DNA of 60,629 nt, from assembly GCA_964425275.1 (NCBI GenBank), contig CAYRLZ010000019.1, positions 1 to 60,629 on the forward strand. The letters are read 5' to 3'. This document shows, piece after piece, positions 1 to 7,105 of this stretch (position 1 is the stretch's first letter; each line of letters begins with the position of its first letter). The notes under the pieces are model-generated. The model was given only the letters and a program-made list of their open reading frames with translations. It was not told where the DNA came from and ran no database searches. The translations under genes were made by a program, and so were the position numbers. The DNA is from an uncultured bacterium. Its GTDB lineage: Bacteria; Hydrothermota; Tepidihabitantia; Tepidihabitantales; JBDRVQ01.

Positions 1-202
1 AATGGGGATATGGTAAAAGAAAAGCGCGGTGTTGACCTTTTGAAATCTTTGACTATGATTTTAGGAAAGAAGGGATGAAAGCAACACTTGATTTTTTGAG
101 TTTTATAGTATAATTTAATTAAGTTATGGACTTTGAAAGTAGAAGAAGAAAGAACGGGGAAGCCCCTTATAAAACTTCCCCAAAAAGTGATGTTGAACCA
201 TT

Positions 203-400
203 ATGAACGATAAGTCTTATGATTTTTATGTAAATAATGACCTTTCGGAATATGCCGGAAAATGGGTGGCAATTGTTGGCGAAGAGGTAGTCGCCAGCGG
301 TGATAATGCCAAGGTGGTTTTTGAGGAAGCGAAAAGAAAATTCCCTGACCGACTGCCTTTGTTGGCAAAAGTGCCCAAAGACGAGATTCTTATTTTATAA
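203..400 (+). CDS. DUF5678-like small protein, upstream partner of a two-gene module
   Basis: 65-aa ORF. The segment GKWVAIVGEEVVASGDNAKVVFEEAKRKFP resembles the DUF5678 family as I recall it. Its TAA stop overlaps the next ATG by 1 nt (ATAATGG). Confidence 0.55.
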   Translation: MNDKSYDFYVNNDLSEYAGKWVAIVGEEVVASGDNAKVVFEEAKRKFPDRLPLLAKVPKDEILIL

Positions 401-825
401 TGGTGGTTGAATTTAAATATCGCCCGGCAATAATCCGAGGAGAGATAATCTGGCGGCCAGTCGCGGAAATTACGATAGTTTACCGGGATAAAGAAATTCG
501 GCTTTCACCTTATATTGACAGCGGAGCTGATATTACCTTAATCCCAAAATCAGCAGGTGAAGTATTGGGTTTTGAATTAGAAAAAGGTAAAATCAAAGAA
601 CTTTCCGGCATCGGCGAAGGAAAGGTTGCGGTAATACCGAAGGTGGTAAGAATGACAATTGGCGAAGAGACATTTGGTTGCCGAATTGCCTGGGCGCTGA
701 TTGAAGAAGTTCCGCCGCTTTTGGGGAGAAGGGATATATTTGACCGCTTTGCGGTTTTGTTCCAGGAGTGGAGTAAAAAGATTCTCTTCATACCAAAATC
801 AGAATTCGTTAATTTTAGACCATAA
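400..825 (+). CDS. retropepsin-like (clan AA) aspartic protease
   Basis: 141-aa ORF with the catalytic-type motif IDSGADITLIP (D-S-G-A). Translationally coupled to the preceding small ORF. Confidence 0.65.
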   Translation: MVVEFKYRPAIIRGEIIWRPVAEITIVYRDKEIRLSPYIDSGADITLIPKSAGEVLGFELEKGKIKELSGIGEGKVAVIPKVVRMTIGEETFGCRIAWALIEEVPPLLGRRDIFDRFAVLFQEWSKKILFIPKSEFVNFRP

Positions 826-893
826 CCTAAGTGGCTTTTTGAGTGCGGGCATTTTTGTTGCGGAAGGTTTCTATTTCAATTCCTTAAAAGCCG

Positions 894-934
894 GTGAATT
901 AAAAGCAACGAAGAAGATGGTGAAGATGGAATAG
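894..934 (+). repeat. module-boundary repeat, copy A (GTGAATT..ACGAAGAAGATGGTGAAGATGGA + stop)
   Basis: One of three ~41-nt direct repeats sharing the core ACGAAGAAGATGGT(G/A)AAGATGGA. It ends in an in-frame TAG. Confidence 0.85.
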
Positions 935-963
935 AGAGAGGAGAGAGTTAGAAAAAAGATGAT

Positions 964-991
964 GGACGGGGAGAAGTTCCCGTCCTTTTTT
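964..991 (+). terminator. intrinsic terminator hairpin
   Basis: GGACGGG-gagaagtt-CCCGTCC followed by TTTTTT. Confidence 0.65.
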
Positions 992-993
992 GC

Positions 994-1021
994 TTGACTT
1001 ATTTTCCGATTTGGTTATAAT
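994..1021 (+). promoter_or_regulatory. sigma-70-type promoter, leaderless geometry
   Basis: TTGACT (994-999), 16-nt spacer, TATAAT (1016-1021). The ATG at 1027 lies 5 nt after the -10 element. Confidence 0.55.
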
Positions 1022-1026
1022 AGGTT

Positions 1027-1254
1027 ATGAACTGGCGAGATAGAATTGTAATTGACCCGGAGATTTTAGCCGGGAAACCGGTAATTAAAGGCACGCGCAT
1101 CGCTGTGGAGTTTGTTCTGGAGTTACTCGCTAACGGTTGGACGGAAGCCCAAATCCTTGAAAACTATCCCCAATTAACCCACGAAGATATTTTGGCGGCC
1201 CTCCAATATACTACTGAACTATTAAAAGAAGAAAAGGTTTATATCCTACCTTAG
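1027..1254 (+). CDS. DUF433 domain protein (antitoxin-like)
   Basis: 75-aa ORF. The segment ILAGKPVIKGTRIAVEFVLELLANGWTEAQILENYPQLTHEDILAAL matches the DUF433 pattern. Confidence 0.7.
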   Translation: MNWRDRIVIDPEILAGKPVIKGTRIAVEFVLELLANGWTEAQILENYPQLTHEDILAALQYTTELLKEEKVYILP

Positions 1255-1258
1255 ACTT

Positions 1259-1613
1259 TTGCGGTTTCTGGCTAACGAAAATATCCCCTTAATCGTTGTG
1301 GAACAATTAAAAGACGAAGGTTTTGATATAATATCAGCAAGCCGGGTGTATGGCGGGGTAGGCGATAAAGAGATATTGAGGGAGGGGGGTGAAGGAAAAT
1401 CGGATAATTTTAACTTTTGATAAGGATTATGGTTATCTTATCTTTCGGCAAAAATAAATGCCACCAGGAGTTATCTTTTTACGGATTCCCCCCAAATCAC
1501 CGGGTTACATTTATACCAATCTTGTCAAGATTCTAAAAAGCGGATTACCGTTAGAAGGTTATTTTACTGTCACATCAGAGAAAAAGGTTCGTTCTATTCC
1601 TTTAAGACGGTAA
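1259..1613 (+). pseudogene. disrupted DUF5615 / Mut7-C PIN-like toxin partner of DUF433
   Basis: Hand translation from TTG 1259 gives RFLANENIPLIVVEQLKDEGFDIISASRVYGGVGDKEILREGG. A frame change follows at the G-run near 1381-1390. The next frame reads ENRIILTFDKDYGYLIFRQK, then an in-frame TAA, then MPPGVIFLRIPPKSPGYIYTNLVKIL...RR, with the stop at 1611-1613. Confidence 0.65.
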
Positions 1614-1649
1614 TTCACCACAACGAAGAAGATGGTAAAGATGGAGTGA
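1609..1649 (+). repeat. module-boundary repeat, copy B
   Basis: GGTAATTCACCACAACGAAGAAGATGGTAAAGATGGAGTGA aligns without gaps to copies A and C. It ends in an in-frame TGA. Confidence 0.85.
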
Positions 1650-1717
1650 TTTAACCGTTGACTGTTGAAGAATAAGCGAAAGCGGGGAGAAATCTCCGCC
1701 TATTTATCTTGAAAAGA

Positions 1718-1745
1718 TTGACTTTTCTCTTTTTTTGATTATCAT
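1718..1745 (+). promoter_or_regulatory. sigma-70-type promoter, leaderless geometry
   Basis: TTGACT (1718-1723), 16-nt spacer, TATCAT (1740-1745). The ATG at 1752 lies 6 nt after the -10 element. Confidence 0.55.
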
Positions 1746-1751
1746 TAATCT

Positions 1752-2000
1752 ATGAAGCAGAAATTACCTCTTTATCATACCATCAACGCCATTATTCGAA
1801 AAGGAGAGGAGTTTTATGTTGCAGAGTGTGTTGAAATTGGGGTGGTTACTCAAGGCAAAACGGTTGATGAAACTATCGCTAACCTCAGAGAAGCAGTGGC
1901 ATTACATTTAGAAAATGAAGACCTTACTGAATTGAGACTTGCCCCTAATCCTTCTTTAATAATTACAATGGAATTAGAGCCAATCTCGAGTGCCGTCTAA
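1752..2000 (+). CDS. hicB: HicB-family antitoxin
   Basis: 82-aa ORF. The segment AIIRKGEEFYVAECVEIGVVTQGKTVDETIANLREAVALHLE is typical of HicB/UPF0150. It overlaps the downstream HicA ORF by 11 nt. Confidence 0.7.
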   Translation: MKQKLPLYHTINAIIRKGEEFYVAECVEIGVVTQGKTVDETIANLREAVALHLENEDLTELRLAPNPSLIITMELEPISSAV

Positions 2001-2238
2001 ACTAAAAAGACTTAAAGGCCCGGAGGTCATTAAAATTCTTGTAGGATTTGGATTTAAGGTTCATTCCCAAAAGGGCAGTCATATTAAGTTACAACGGATT
2101 AGTCTCACGGCTAAAAAAGAGACTTTGACTATCGTGACCCACAAAGAACTTGATGTCGGTACTCTTCACGCTATATTTCGACAAGCATGCCGATATATTC
2201 CGGAAGACCAATTACGGAAATATTTCTATACCGAATAA
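1990..2238 (+). CDS. hicA: HicA-family mRNA interferase toxin
   Basis: 82-aa ORF with a GTG start. The segment LKGPEVIKILVGFGFKVHSQKGSHIKLQR matches the HicA/YcfA pattern. Confidence 0.75.
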   Translation: MPSKLKRLKGPEVIKILVGFGFKVHSQKGSHIKLQRISLTAKKETLTIVTHKELDVGTLHAIFRQACRYIPEDQLRKYFYTE

Positions 2239-2304
2239 AGGTATAAGGGTCGTTTCCTAATACCAACTTCCCAAGGGTATCTATTTTTTATCATCTTGAA
2301 GCAA

Positions 2305-2345
2305 GTGAATTCACCGCGACGAAGAAGATGGTGAAGATGGATTAA
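2305..2345 (+). repeat. module-boundary repeat, copy C
   Basis: GTGAATTCACCGCGACGAAGAAGATGGTGAAGATGGATTAA. It ends in an in-frame TAA. Confidence 0.85.
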
Positions 2346-2429
2346 ATCAGTAGGAGGCAAGAAGTAAGAAAAAAAGAGTTAAGGATAGGGAAAATTTTTA
2401 ACCCCTTACTTCGCTATCATTTAGGTCTC

Positions 2430-2457
2430 TTGACAGATTAAAAAATTCTTTTATCAT
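2430..2457 (+). promoter_or_regulatory. sigma-70-type promoter for the tRNA cluster
   Basis: TTGACA (2430-2435), 16-nt spacer, TATCAT (2452-2457). The first tRNA starts at 2470. Confidence 0.5.
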
Positions 2458-2469
2458 ATTATCCTCATT

Positions 2470-2541
2470 GCCGACATAGCTCAGAGGTAGAGCAGGGGTT
2501 TTGTAAACCTCAGGTCGGGGGTTCGAATCCCTCTGTCGGCT
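2470..2541 (+). tRNA. tRNA-Thr (anticodon TGT)
   Basis: Hand-folded cloverleaf. Acceptor stem GCCGACA/TGTCGGC, anticodon loop TTTGTAA, T-loop TTCGAAT. Confidence 0.9.
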
Positions 2542-2591
2542 AAGAATAGCGGTTGGTGAATAGGGTTCAATAATCACTAACCAATAATATT

Positions 2592-2674
2592 GGGCAGGTA
2601 CCCAAGCGGCCAAAGGGGGCAGACTGTAAATCTGCTGGCGTATGCCTTCGGAGGTTCAAATCCTTCCCTGCCCA
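2592..2674 (+). tRNA. tRNA-Tyr (anticodon GTA), long variable arm
   Basis: Acceptor stem GGGCAGG/CCTGCCC, anticodon loop CTGTAAA, T-loop TTCAAAT. Length 83 nt. Confidence 0.9.
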
Positions 2675-2676
2675 TC

Positions 2677-2748
2677 GCGGGTGTAGCGCAACGGTAGCGC
2701 AACAGCCTTCCAAGCTGTGGGTTGCGGGTTCGAATCCCGTCGCCCGCT
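2677..2748 (+). tRNA. tRNA-Gly (anticodon TCC)
   Basis: Acceptor stem GCGGGTG/CGCCCGC, anticodon loop CTTCCAA, T-loop TTCGAAT. Confidence 0.9.
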
Positions 2749-2774
2749 TAGCGTCAGTTGTTAGTAATTAGCCA

Positions 2775-2803
2775 TTGACTTTTCCAGAAAATTTATATAA
2801 TAT
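2775..2803 (+). promoter_or_regulatory. sigma-70-type promoter, upstream copy of a tandem duplicated promoter
   Basis: ATTGACTTTTCCAGAA followed by TATAAT/TAATAT. The 16-nt -35 region is repeated exactly 46 bp downstream. Confidence 0.5.
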
Positions 2804-2820
2804 ATTTAATTGAGTTATAA

Positions 2821-2848
2821 TTGACTTTTCCAGAATTTGTAATATAAT
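2821..2848 (+). promoter_or_regulatory. sigma-70-type promoter for tRNA-Thr(GGT)-tuf
   Basis: TTGACT (2821-2826), 16-nt spacer, TATAAT (2843-2848). The tRNA starts at 2857. Confidence 0.6.
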
Positions 2849-2856
2849 AGTCTTTT

Positions 2857-2929
2857 GCCCATGTAGCTCAGTCGGTAGAGCACATCCTTGGTAAGGATGT
2901 GGTCGCCGGTTCGATTCCGGCCGTGGGCT
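2857..2929 (+). tRNA. tRNA-Thr (anticodon GGT)
   Basis: Acceptor stem GCCCATG/CGTGGGC, anticodon loop TTGGTAA, T-loop TTCGATT. Confidence 0.9.
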
Positions 2930-2950
2930 TAATCGGCCAGTGGCCGATTA
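2930..2950 (+). promoter_or_regulatory. perfect 9-bp-stem hairpin between tRNA-Thr and tuf (possible processing or attenuation signal)
   Basis: TAATCGGCC-agt-GGCCGATTA lies immediately after the tRNA 3' end. The tuf Shine-Dalgarno sequence follows. Confidence 0.45.
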
Positions 2951-2980
2951 AGGAGAAAAAGGAAAAGGGAGGAATGATAT

Positions 2981-4180
2981 ATGGCTAAGGCGAAATTTGA
3001 GAGAAAAAAGCCTCATATAAATATTGGGACAATTGGTCATGTCGACCACGGAAAGACGACCTTGACCGCAGCAATAACGCTCTGTCTGGAGAAAAAGGGG
3101 TTAGCAAAATATACCCCTTATGACCAGATTGATAAGGCACCCGAAGAAAAGGCACGCGGTTTAACCATTCAGTTAGCCCATATTGAATACGAGAGTGAAA
3201 ACCGTCATTACGCTCATATTGACTGCCCGGGTCATGTTGACTACATTAAAAATATGATTACCGGTGCTGCCCAGATGGATGGGGCAATCTTGGTCGTCTC
3301 GGCTCCGGATGGACCAATGCCCCAAACCCGAGAGCATGTGCTTCTGGCCCGACAGGTTAATGTCCCGGCCATCGTCGTATTTCTGAATAAGACCGATATG
3401 ATGTCTGACCCCGAATTGATTGAAGTCGCCGAGTTAGAAGTGCGAGATATTTTGAATAAATACAACTTCCCAGGTGATGAGATTCCTTTCGTTCGGGGAA
3501 GTGCCCTTAAGGCATTAGAATGTGGTTGTGGAAAAGAGGAATGTCAATGGTGCGGACCAATCCTGCAATTAGTTAAGGCGGTTGATGACTACATCCCAAT
3601 ACCGACGCGGGACCTTGATAAACCATTTTTGATGCCGGTAGAAGATGTCTTTTCAATCACCGGTCGTGGAACCGTTGTCACCGGAAAGGTAGAAAGAGGT
3701 CGGATTACCCCGGGCAGTGAGGTAGAACTTATCGGATTTGGAACGCATATTAAGACCGTAGCAACCAGCGTGGAAATGTTCCGCAAGATTTTAGACGAAG
3801 GAGTAGCAGGAGATAATGTCGGAATCCTATTAAGGGGTGTAGAAAAAGACCAGGCGCTACGCGGTATGGTTGTTGCCCAGGTCGGTTCAATTAAACCACA
3901 TAAGAAATTTGAGGCATCGGTCTATGTCTTAAAAAAGGAAGAGGGTGGAAGACACACGCCGTTCTTTAATGGCTATCGCCCCCAATTCTATATCCGAACC
4001 ACTGATGTTACCGGAACCGTTCATCTACCACAGGGGGTAGAGATGGTTATGCCCGGGGATAATGTTACCTTACAGGTTGAACTAATATCCGAAGTGGCAT
4101 TAGAAGAAGGGTCAAGATTTGCCATTCGGGAAGGTGGTAAGACCGTCGGCGCTGGTGTGGTGAGTAAGATTATTGAATAA
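2981..4180 (+). CDS. tuf: elongation factor Tu
   Basis: 399 aa with [15 protein letters not shown] and NKTD GTPase motifs. A strong SD (GGGAGG) lies upstream. Confidence 0.98.
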   Translation: MAKAKFERKKPHINIGTIGHVDHGKTTLTAAITLCLEKKGLAKYTPYDQIDKAPEEKARGLTIQLAHIEYESENRHYAHIDCPGHVDYIKNMITGAAQMDGAILVVSAPDGPMPQTREHVLLARQVNVPAIVVFLNKTDMMSDPELIEVAELEVRDILNKYNFPGDEIPFVRGSALKALECGCGKEECQWCGPILQLVKAVDDYIPIPTRDLDKPFLMPVEDVFSITGRGTVVTGKVERGRITPGSEVELIGFGTHIKTVATSVEMFRKILDEGVAGDNVGILLRGVEKDQALRGMVVAQVGSIKPHKKFEASVYVLKKEEGGRHTPFFNGYRPQFYIRTTDVTGTVHLPQGVEMVMPGDNVTLQVELISEVALEEGSRFAIREGGKTVGAGVVSKIIE

Positions 4181-4265
4181 AACAAAAACCCAGGGTGTAA
4201 AGAGAGGCCAATTTCCCCAAGAGGAGAAAATGGAAATTAGTGGCCGAGTCAGATTATAATTACCG

Positions 4266-4412
4266 ATGAGACTTTTTATCCAACTGGCTTGTAATGAATG
4301 CAAAAGAAGGAACTATACCTCCACTAAAAATAAGAGTAAACAGGAAAGATTAGAGGTGAGGAAATATTGTAAATTTTGTCGGAAGCATACGATTCATAAA
4401 GAGGTTAAATAG
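4266..4412 (+). CDS. rpmG: 50S ribosomal protein L33 (Cys4 zinc-ribbon type)
   Basis: Absent from the ORF track because it is under 60 aa. Hand translation gives [48 protein letters not shown]. It occupies the conserved position between tuf and tRNA-Trp/secE. Confidence 0.85.
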   Translation: MRLFIQLACNECKRRNYTSTKNKSKQERLEVRKYCKFCRKHTIHKEVK

Positions 4413-4484
4413 GCCAGTAGCTCGAACGGTTAGAGCACCGGACTCCAAATCCGGGGGGTGGGGGTTCGAATCCCTCCTGGCCTG
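4411..4484 (+). tRNA. tRNA-Trp (anticodon CCA)
   Basis: Acceptor stem AGGCCAG/CTGGCCT, anticodon loop CTCCAAA, T-loop TTCGAAT. The 5' end overlaps the rpmG stop codon by 2 nt. Confidence 0.9.
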
Positions 4485-4535
4485 TCAAAGACCGGTGTTG
4501 GATTGAAGATATTAGCATCTTCAATTAAGGGTAAA

Positions 4536-4736
4536 ATGAGTATCCCGAAAATTATTAAAGACATCCGAAATTACATCAAAGAAGTTATTGCGGAAATGAA
4601 GAAGGTGACCTGGACCTCGCGGCGCGAATTATTCATCGCTACCCTGATGGTCATCATCCTCTCCGCCATACTCTCTATTTTTATCGGCTTCTGGGACCTA
4701 ATCTTTTCCCGCATTCTTCATCTTCTCTTACGTTAA
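4536..4736 (+). CDS. secE: preprotein translocase subunit SecE
   Basis: 66 aa from the internal ATG 4536, preceded by AAGGG. One C-terminal TM helix and the conserved KEVIAEMKKVTWTSRRE segment. The longer ORF start at 4458 lies inside tRNA-Trp. Confidence 0.85.
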   Translation: MSIPKIIKDIRNYIKEVIAEMKKVTWTSRRELFIATLMVIILSAILSIFIGFWDLIFSRILHLLLR

Positions 4737-4738
4737 TC

Positions 4739-5263
4739 ATGGGTTTTTATATTGTTCATACTTATACCGGAAAGGAGAGAAAGGTAAAAGAAGTCTTGGA
4801 AAAAAAGATTGCCGAATTGGGCTTAGAGAATATTATCAAACGGGTTCTCGTTCCCTCAGAAAGGGTTTTGAAAGTGAAGAAGGCTGACCTTATCGCCCAA
4901 GAACGTAAGTTATATCCCGGCTATATTATTGTGGAGATGGAAGAAGACGAAGAGGCATTCAAACTGGTAAACTCCGTCTATGGCGTTACCCATTTTCTGG
5001 GAACCCGGAATAAACCAATCCCCTTGGATGAAGAAGAGGTGAAAGAGATATTAAACCAGATTGAGTCCAGTCAGCAACGGGTAAAACCGGAAACCCCCTT
5101 TACCAAGGGGGAAGCGGTAAAGGTTATATCCGGACCTTTTAGCGGTTTTACCGGAACTGTGGAGGAAATCTTTCCCGAGCGAAGAAGGGTAAAAGTAACG
5201 GTAACCATATTCGGTCGGCCAACGCCGATTGATTTGGATTTTATTGAGGTGCAGCCAATTTGA
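4739..5263 (+). CDS. nusG: transcription termination/antitermination factor NusG
   Basis: 174 aa with an NGN domain and a C-terminal KOW motif (GEAVKVISGPFSGFTGTVEEI). Conserved synteny after secE. Confidence 0.95.
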   Translation: MGFYIVHTYTGKERKVKEVLEKKIAELGLENIIKRVLVPSERVLKVKKADLIAQERKLYPGYIIVEMEEDEEAFKLVNSVYGVTHFLGTRNKPIPLDEEEVKEILNQIESSQQRVKPETPFTKGEAVKVISGPFSGFTGTVEEIFPERRRVKVTVTIFGRPTPIDLDFIEVQPI

Positions 5264-5291
5264 AACCAAATGATGAAAGATAGGAGTTAAG

Positions 5292-5723
5292 ATGGCTAAG
5301 AAACCGATTGCCTTAGTTAAGTTACAGATTCCCGCGGGACAGGCAACACCCGCGCCACCAGTTGGTCCAGCCCTGGGACAATATGGCGTCAACATCGTAG
5401 AATTCTGTAAGCAATTTAATGCCGCGACGCAGAAAGAAACCCCGGGAATTATTATTCCGGCGGTCGTTACTATTTATCAAGACCGAAGTTTCACCTTTAT
5501 TACCAAAAGTCCACCAGCGTCCGTCCTCTTGAAACAGGCCGCTGGTCTGGCTAAGGGTTCACCGGAACCACACCGAGTAAAGGTCGGAAAGATTACCCGA
5601 ACCCAACTGCGGGAGATTGCAAAAAAGAAGATGGCTGATTTGAATACCGAAGATTTAGAGGCAGCGATGCGGATTATTGAAGGAACCGCCCGCCAGATGG
5701 GAATAACCGTAGAAGAGGAGTAA
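5292..5723 (+). CDS. rplK: 50S ribosomal protein L11
   Basis: 143 aa. The segment [26 protein letters not shown] is the L11 signature. Confidence 0.97.
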   Translation: MAKKPIALVKLQIPAGQATPAPPVGPALGQYGVNIVEFCKQFNAATQKETPGIIIPAVVTIYQDRSFTFITKSPPASVLLKQAAGLAKGSPEPHRVKVGKITRTQLREIAKKKMADLNTEDLEAAMRIIEGTARQMGITVEEE

Positions 5724-5725
5724 AG

Positions 5726-6436
5726 ATGAAAAGAAGCAAACGTTATCGGGCATTATTAAGCAAGGTGAAAGAGAAAGATATTTACCCCTTAGCCGAGGCA
5801 ATCAAAAAGGTGAAGGAATTGGCCAATGCCAAATTTAATGAATCAGTAGATGTCGCCATCCGCTTGGGCTGTGACCCAAAGAAACAAGAGCAGATGGTCC
5901 GAGGAACAGTCGCCCTGCCTTACGGCACGGGAAAGGAAGTCAAGGTCTTGGTCTTGACCAAGGGGGAAAAGGAAAAAGAAGCCAAGGAAGCCGGTGCTGA
6001 CTATGTTGGCTTTGAAGAATATATTGAAAAGATAAAGGGCGGTTGGCTGGATTTTGATGTCTTGGTTGCCACGCCGGATGCGATGCCCGAAGTAAGTAAG
6101 ATGGGTAAGATATTAGGACCGAAGGGTTTAATGCCCTCACCCAAAACCGGCACCGTTACCTTTGATGTCGGAGCGGCGGTGAAAAGTTTGAAGGCCGGTA
6201 AGATTCAATTCAAGATGGATAAGACCGGAAATGTCCACGCCCTGATTGGTAAGGTATCTTTTGAACCCGAGAAATTAGAAAAAAATCTTTTAGCCTTGAT
6301 TGCCGAGTTAATAAGACTAAGACCCCCAACGGTAAAAGGTCAGTATATCCGCGCCGGCTATATCGCATCAACGATGGGTCCTTCCTTCCGCTTGGATGTT
6401 AAGGAATTACAGGAACTGGTCCGAAAGGAGTGTTAA
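5726..6436 (+). CDS. rplA: 50S ribosomal protein L1
   Basis: 236 aa. L1-family sequence (FNESVDVAIRLGCDPKK). Conserved synteny. Confidence 0.96.
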   Translation: MKRSKRYRALLSKVKEKDIYPLAEAIKKVKELANAKFNESVDVAIRLGCDPKKQEQMVRGTVALPYGTGKEVKVLVLTKGEKEKEAKEAGADYVGFEEYIEKIKGGWLDFDVLVATPDAMPEVSKMGKILGPKGLMPSPKTGTVTFDVGAAVKSLKAGKIQFKMDKTGNVHALIGKVSFEPEKLEKNLLALIAELIRLRPPTVKGQYIRAGYIASTMGPSFRLDVKELQELVRKEC

Positions 6437-6437
6437 A

Positions 6438-6944
6438 ATGGAAAAGTCCAAGATGGTGACAAAAATAAGGGAGATAATTAAAGACGCCAAGGGAATCTAT
6501 TTCACCAATTTTATTGGGATGCCAACTGCCGAATTGAATGCCGTCCGGAAAAAGATGAAGACCAATGGTCTTCAATTTTTAGTCGTCAAAAATCGGCTGG
6601 CGGCGATTGCCTTCCGGGAATTCGGAATCTTTGATAAAGTGCAGGGATTCTTAAAAGGACCAACTTCGCTCATCATCAGTCAAGAAGATGTTACGGCACC
6701 CGCCCGTCTCCTAAAAGAATTGGCGAAGGATTATCCGATTAAATTTAAGGGGGCATTGGTTGAAGATACCGCTTTTTTATCCCGGGATTTTGACCTTTTA
6801 GCCTCCATCCCACCAAAACCAGAATTGATTGGTCAAATCTTAAATTCCCTTTTGGCACCTTTGACCGAATTTACTTGGCAATTAGAAGGGATACTCAATG
6901 AGTTTCTCTTTACCCTGGAGGCAATAGCTAACAAAAAGCAATAA
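6438..6944 (+). CDS. rplJ: 50S ribosomal protein L10
   Basis: I prefer the start at ATG 6438 (MEKSKMV...), preceded by AAAGGAG at 6425-6431. The ORF-track start at 6396 overlaps rplA. Confidence 0.9.
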   Translation: MEKSKMVTKIREIIKDAKGIYFTNFIGMPTAELNAVRKKMKTNGLQFLVVKNRLAAIAFREFGIFDKVQGFLKGPTSLIISQEDVTAPARLLKELAKDYPIKFKGALVEDTAFLSRDFDLLASIPPKPELIGQILNSLLAPLTEFTWQLEGILNEFLFTLEAIANKKQ

Positions 6945-6998
6945 ATATGCCGCAGGATAAAAAGTGCCAAGGTGATAGACGGAATACAATTTGGGCAC

Positions 6999-7026
6999 TT
7001 GACGGGATGAGTTTTTTCATTATAAT
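6999..7026 (+). promoter_or_regulatory. internal sigma-70-type promoter upstream of rplL-rpoBC
   Basis: TTGACG (6999-7004), 16-nt spacer, TATAAT (7021-7026). An imperfect hairpin AGTGCC..GGCACT spanning about 6963-6999 precedes and abuts the -35 element. Confidence 0.5.
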
Positions 7027-7105
7027 ATACACAATTTCTAAAAATACAGAGAATTAAATGCTTGGAAAAAAAGAAGTATAATTAAAAACTTAAACGGAGG
7101 ATAAA

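Noticed and set aside
701-934. The 77-aa ORF ending in ...TKKMVKME.
   Set aside because: Its first 125 nt overlap the aspartic protease gene out of frame. Only its last ~13 codons are conserved, as the boundary repeat. It is treated as a repeat or gene remnant.
894-2345. Calling the addiction-module island an integron cassette array with attC sites.
   Set aside because: There is no intI-like gene in the window. The repeats are not the imperfect palindromes expected of attC, and the cassettes carry their own promoters. It is reported only as att-like direct repeats of unknown mechanism.
2398-2613. The 71-aa minus-strand ORF.
   Set aside because: It lies antisense across tRNA-Thr and tRNA-Tyr and is an artefact of the tRNA sequences.
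4206-4245. The hairpin GGCCAATTTCC...GGAAATtagTGGCC between tuf and rpmG, considered as a terminator.
   Set aside because: No U-run follows it, and rpmG needs read-through or a promoter here. It could be a processing or stability element, but the evidence is too thin for a call.
4458-4535. The extended secE start at 4458.
   Set aside because: That start lies inside tRNA-Trp. The internal ATG 4536 gives a canonical 66-aa SecE.
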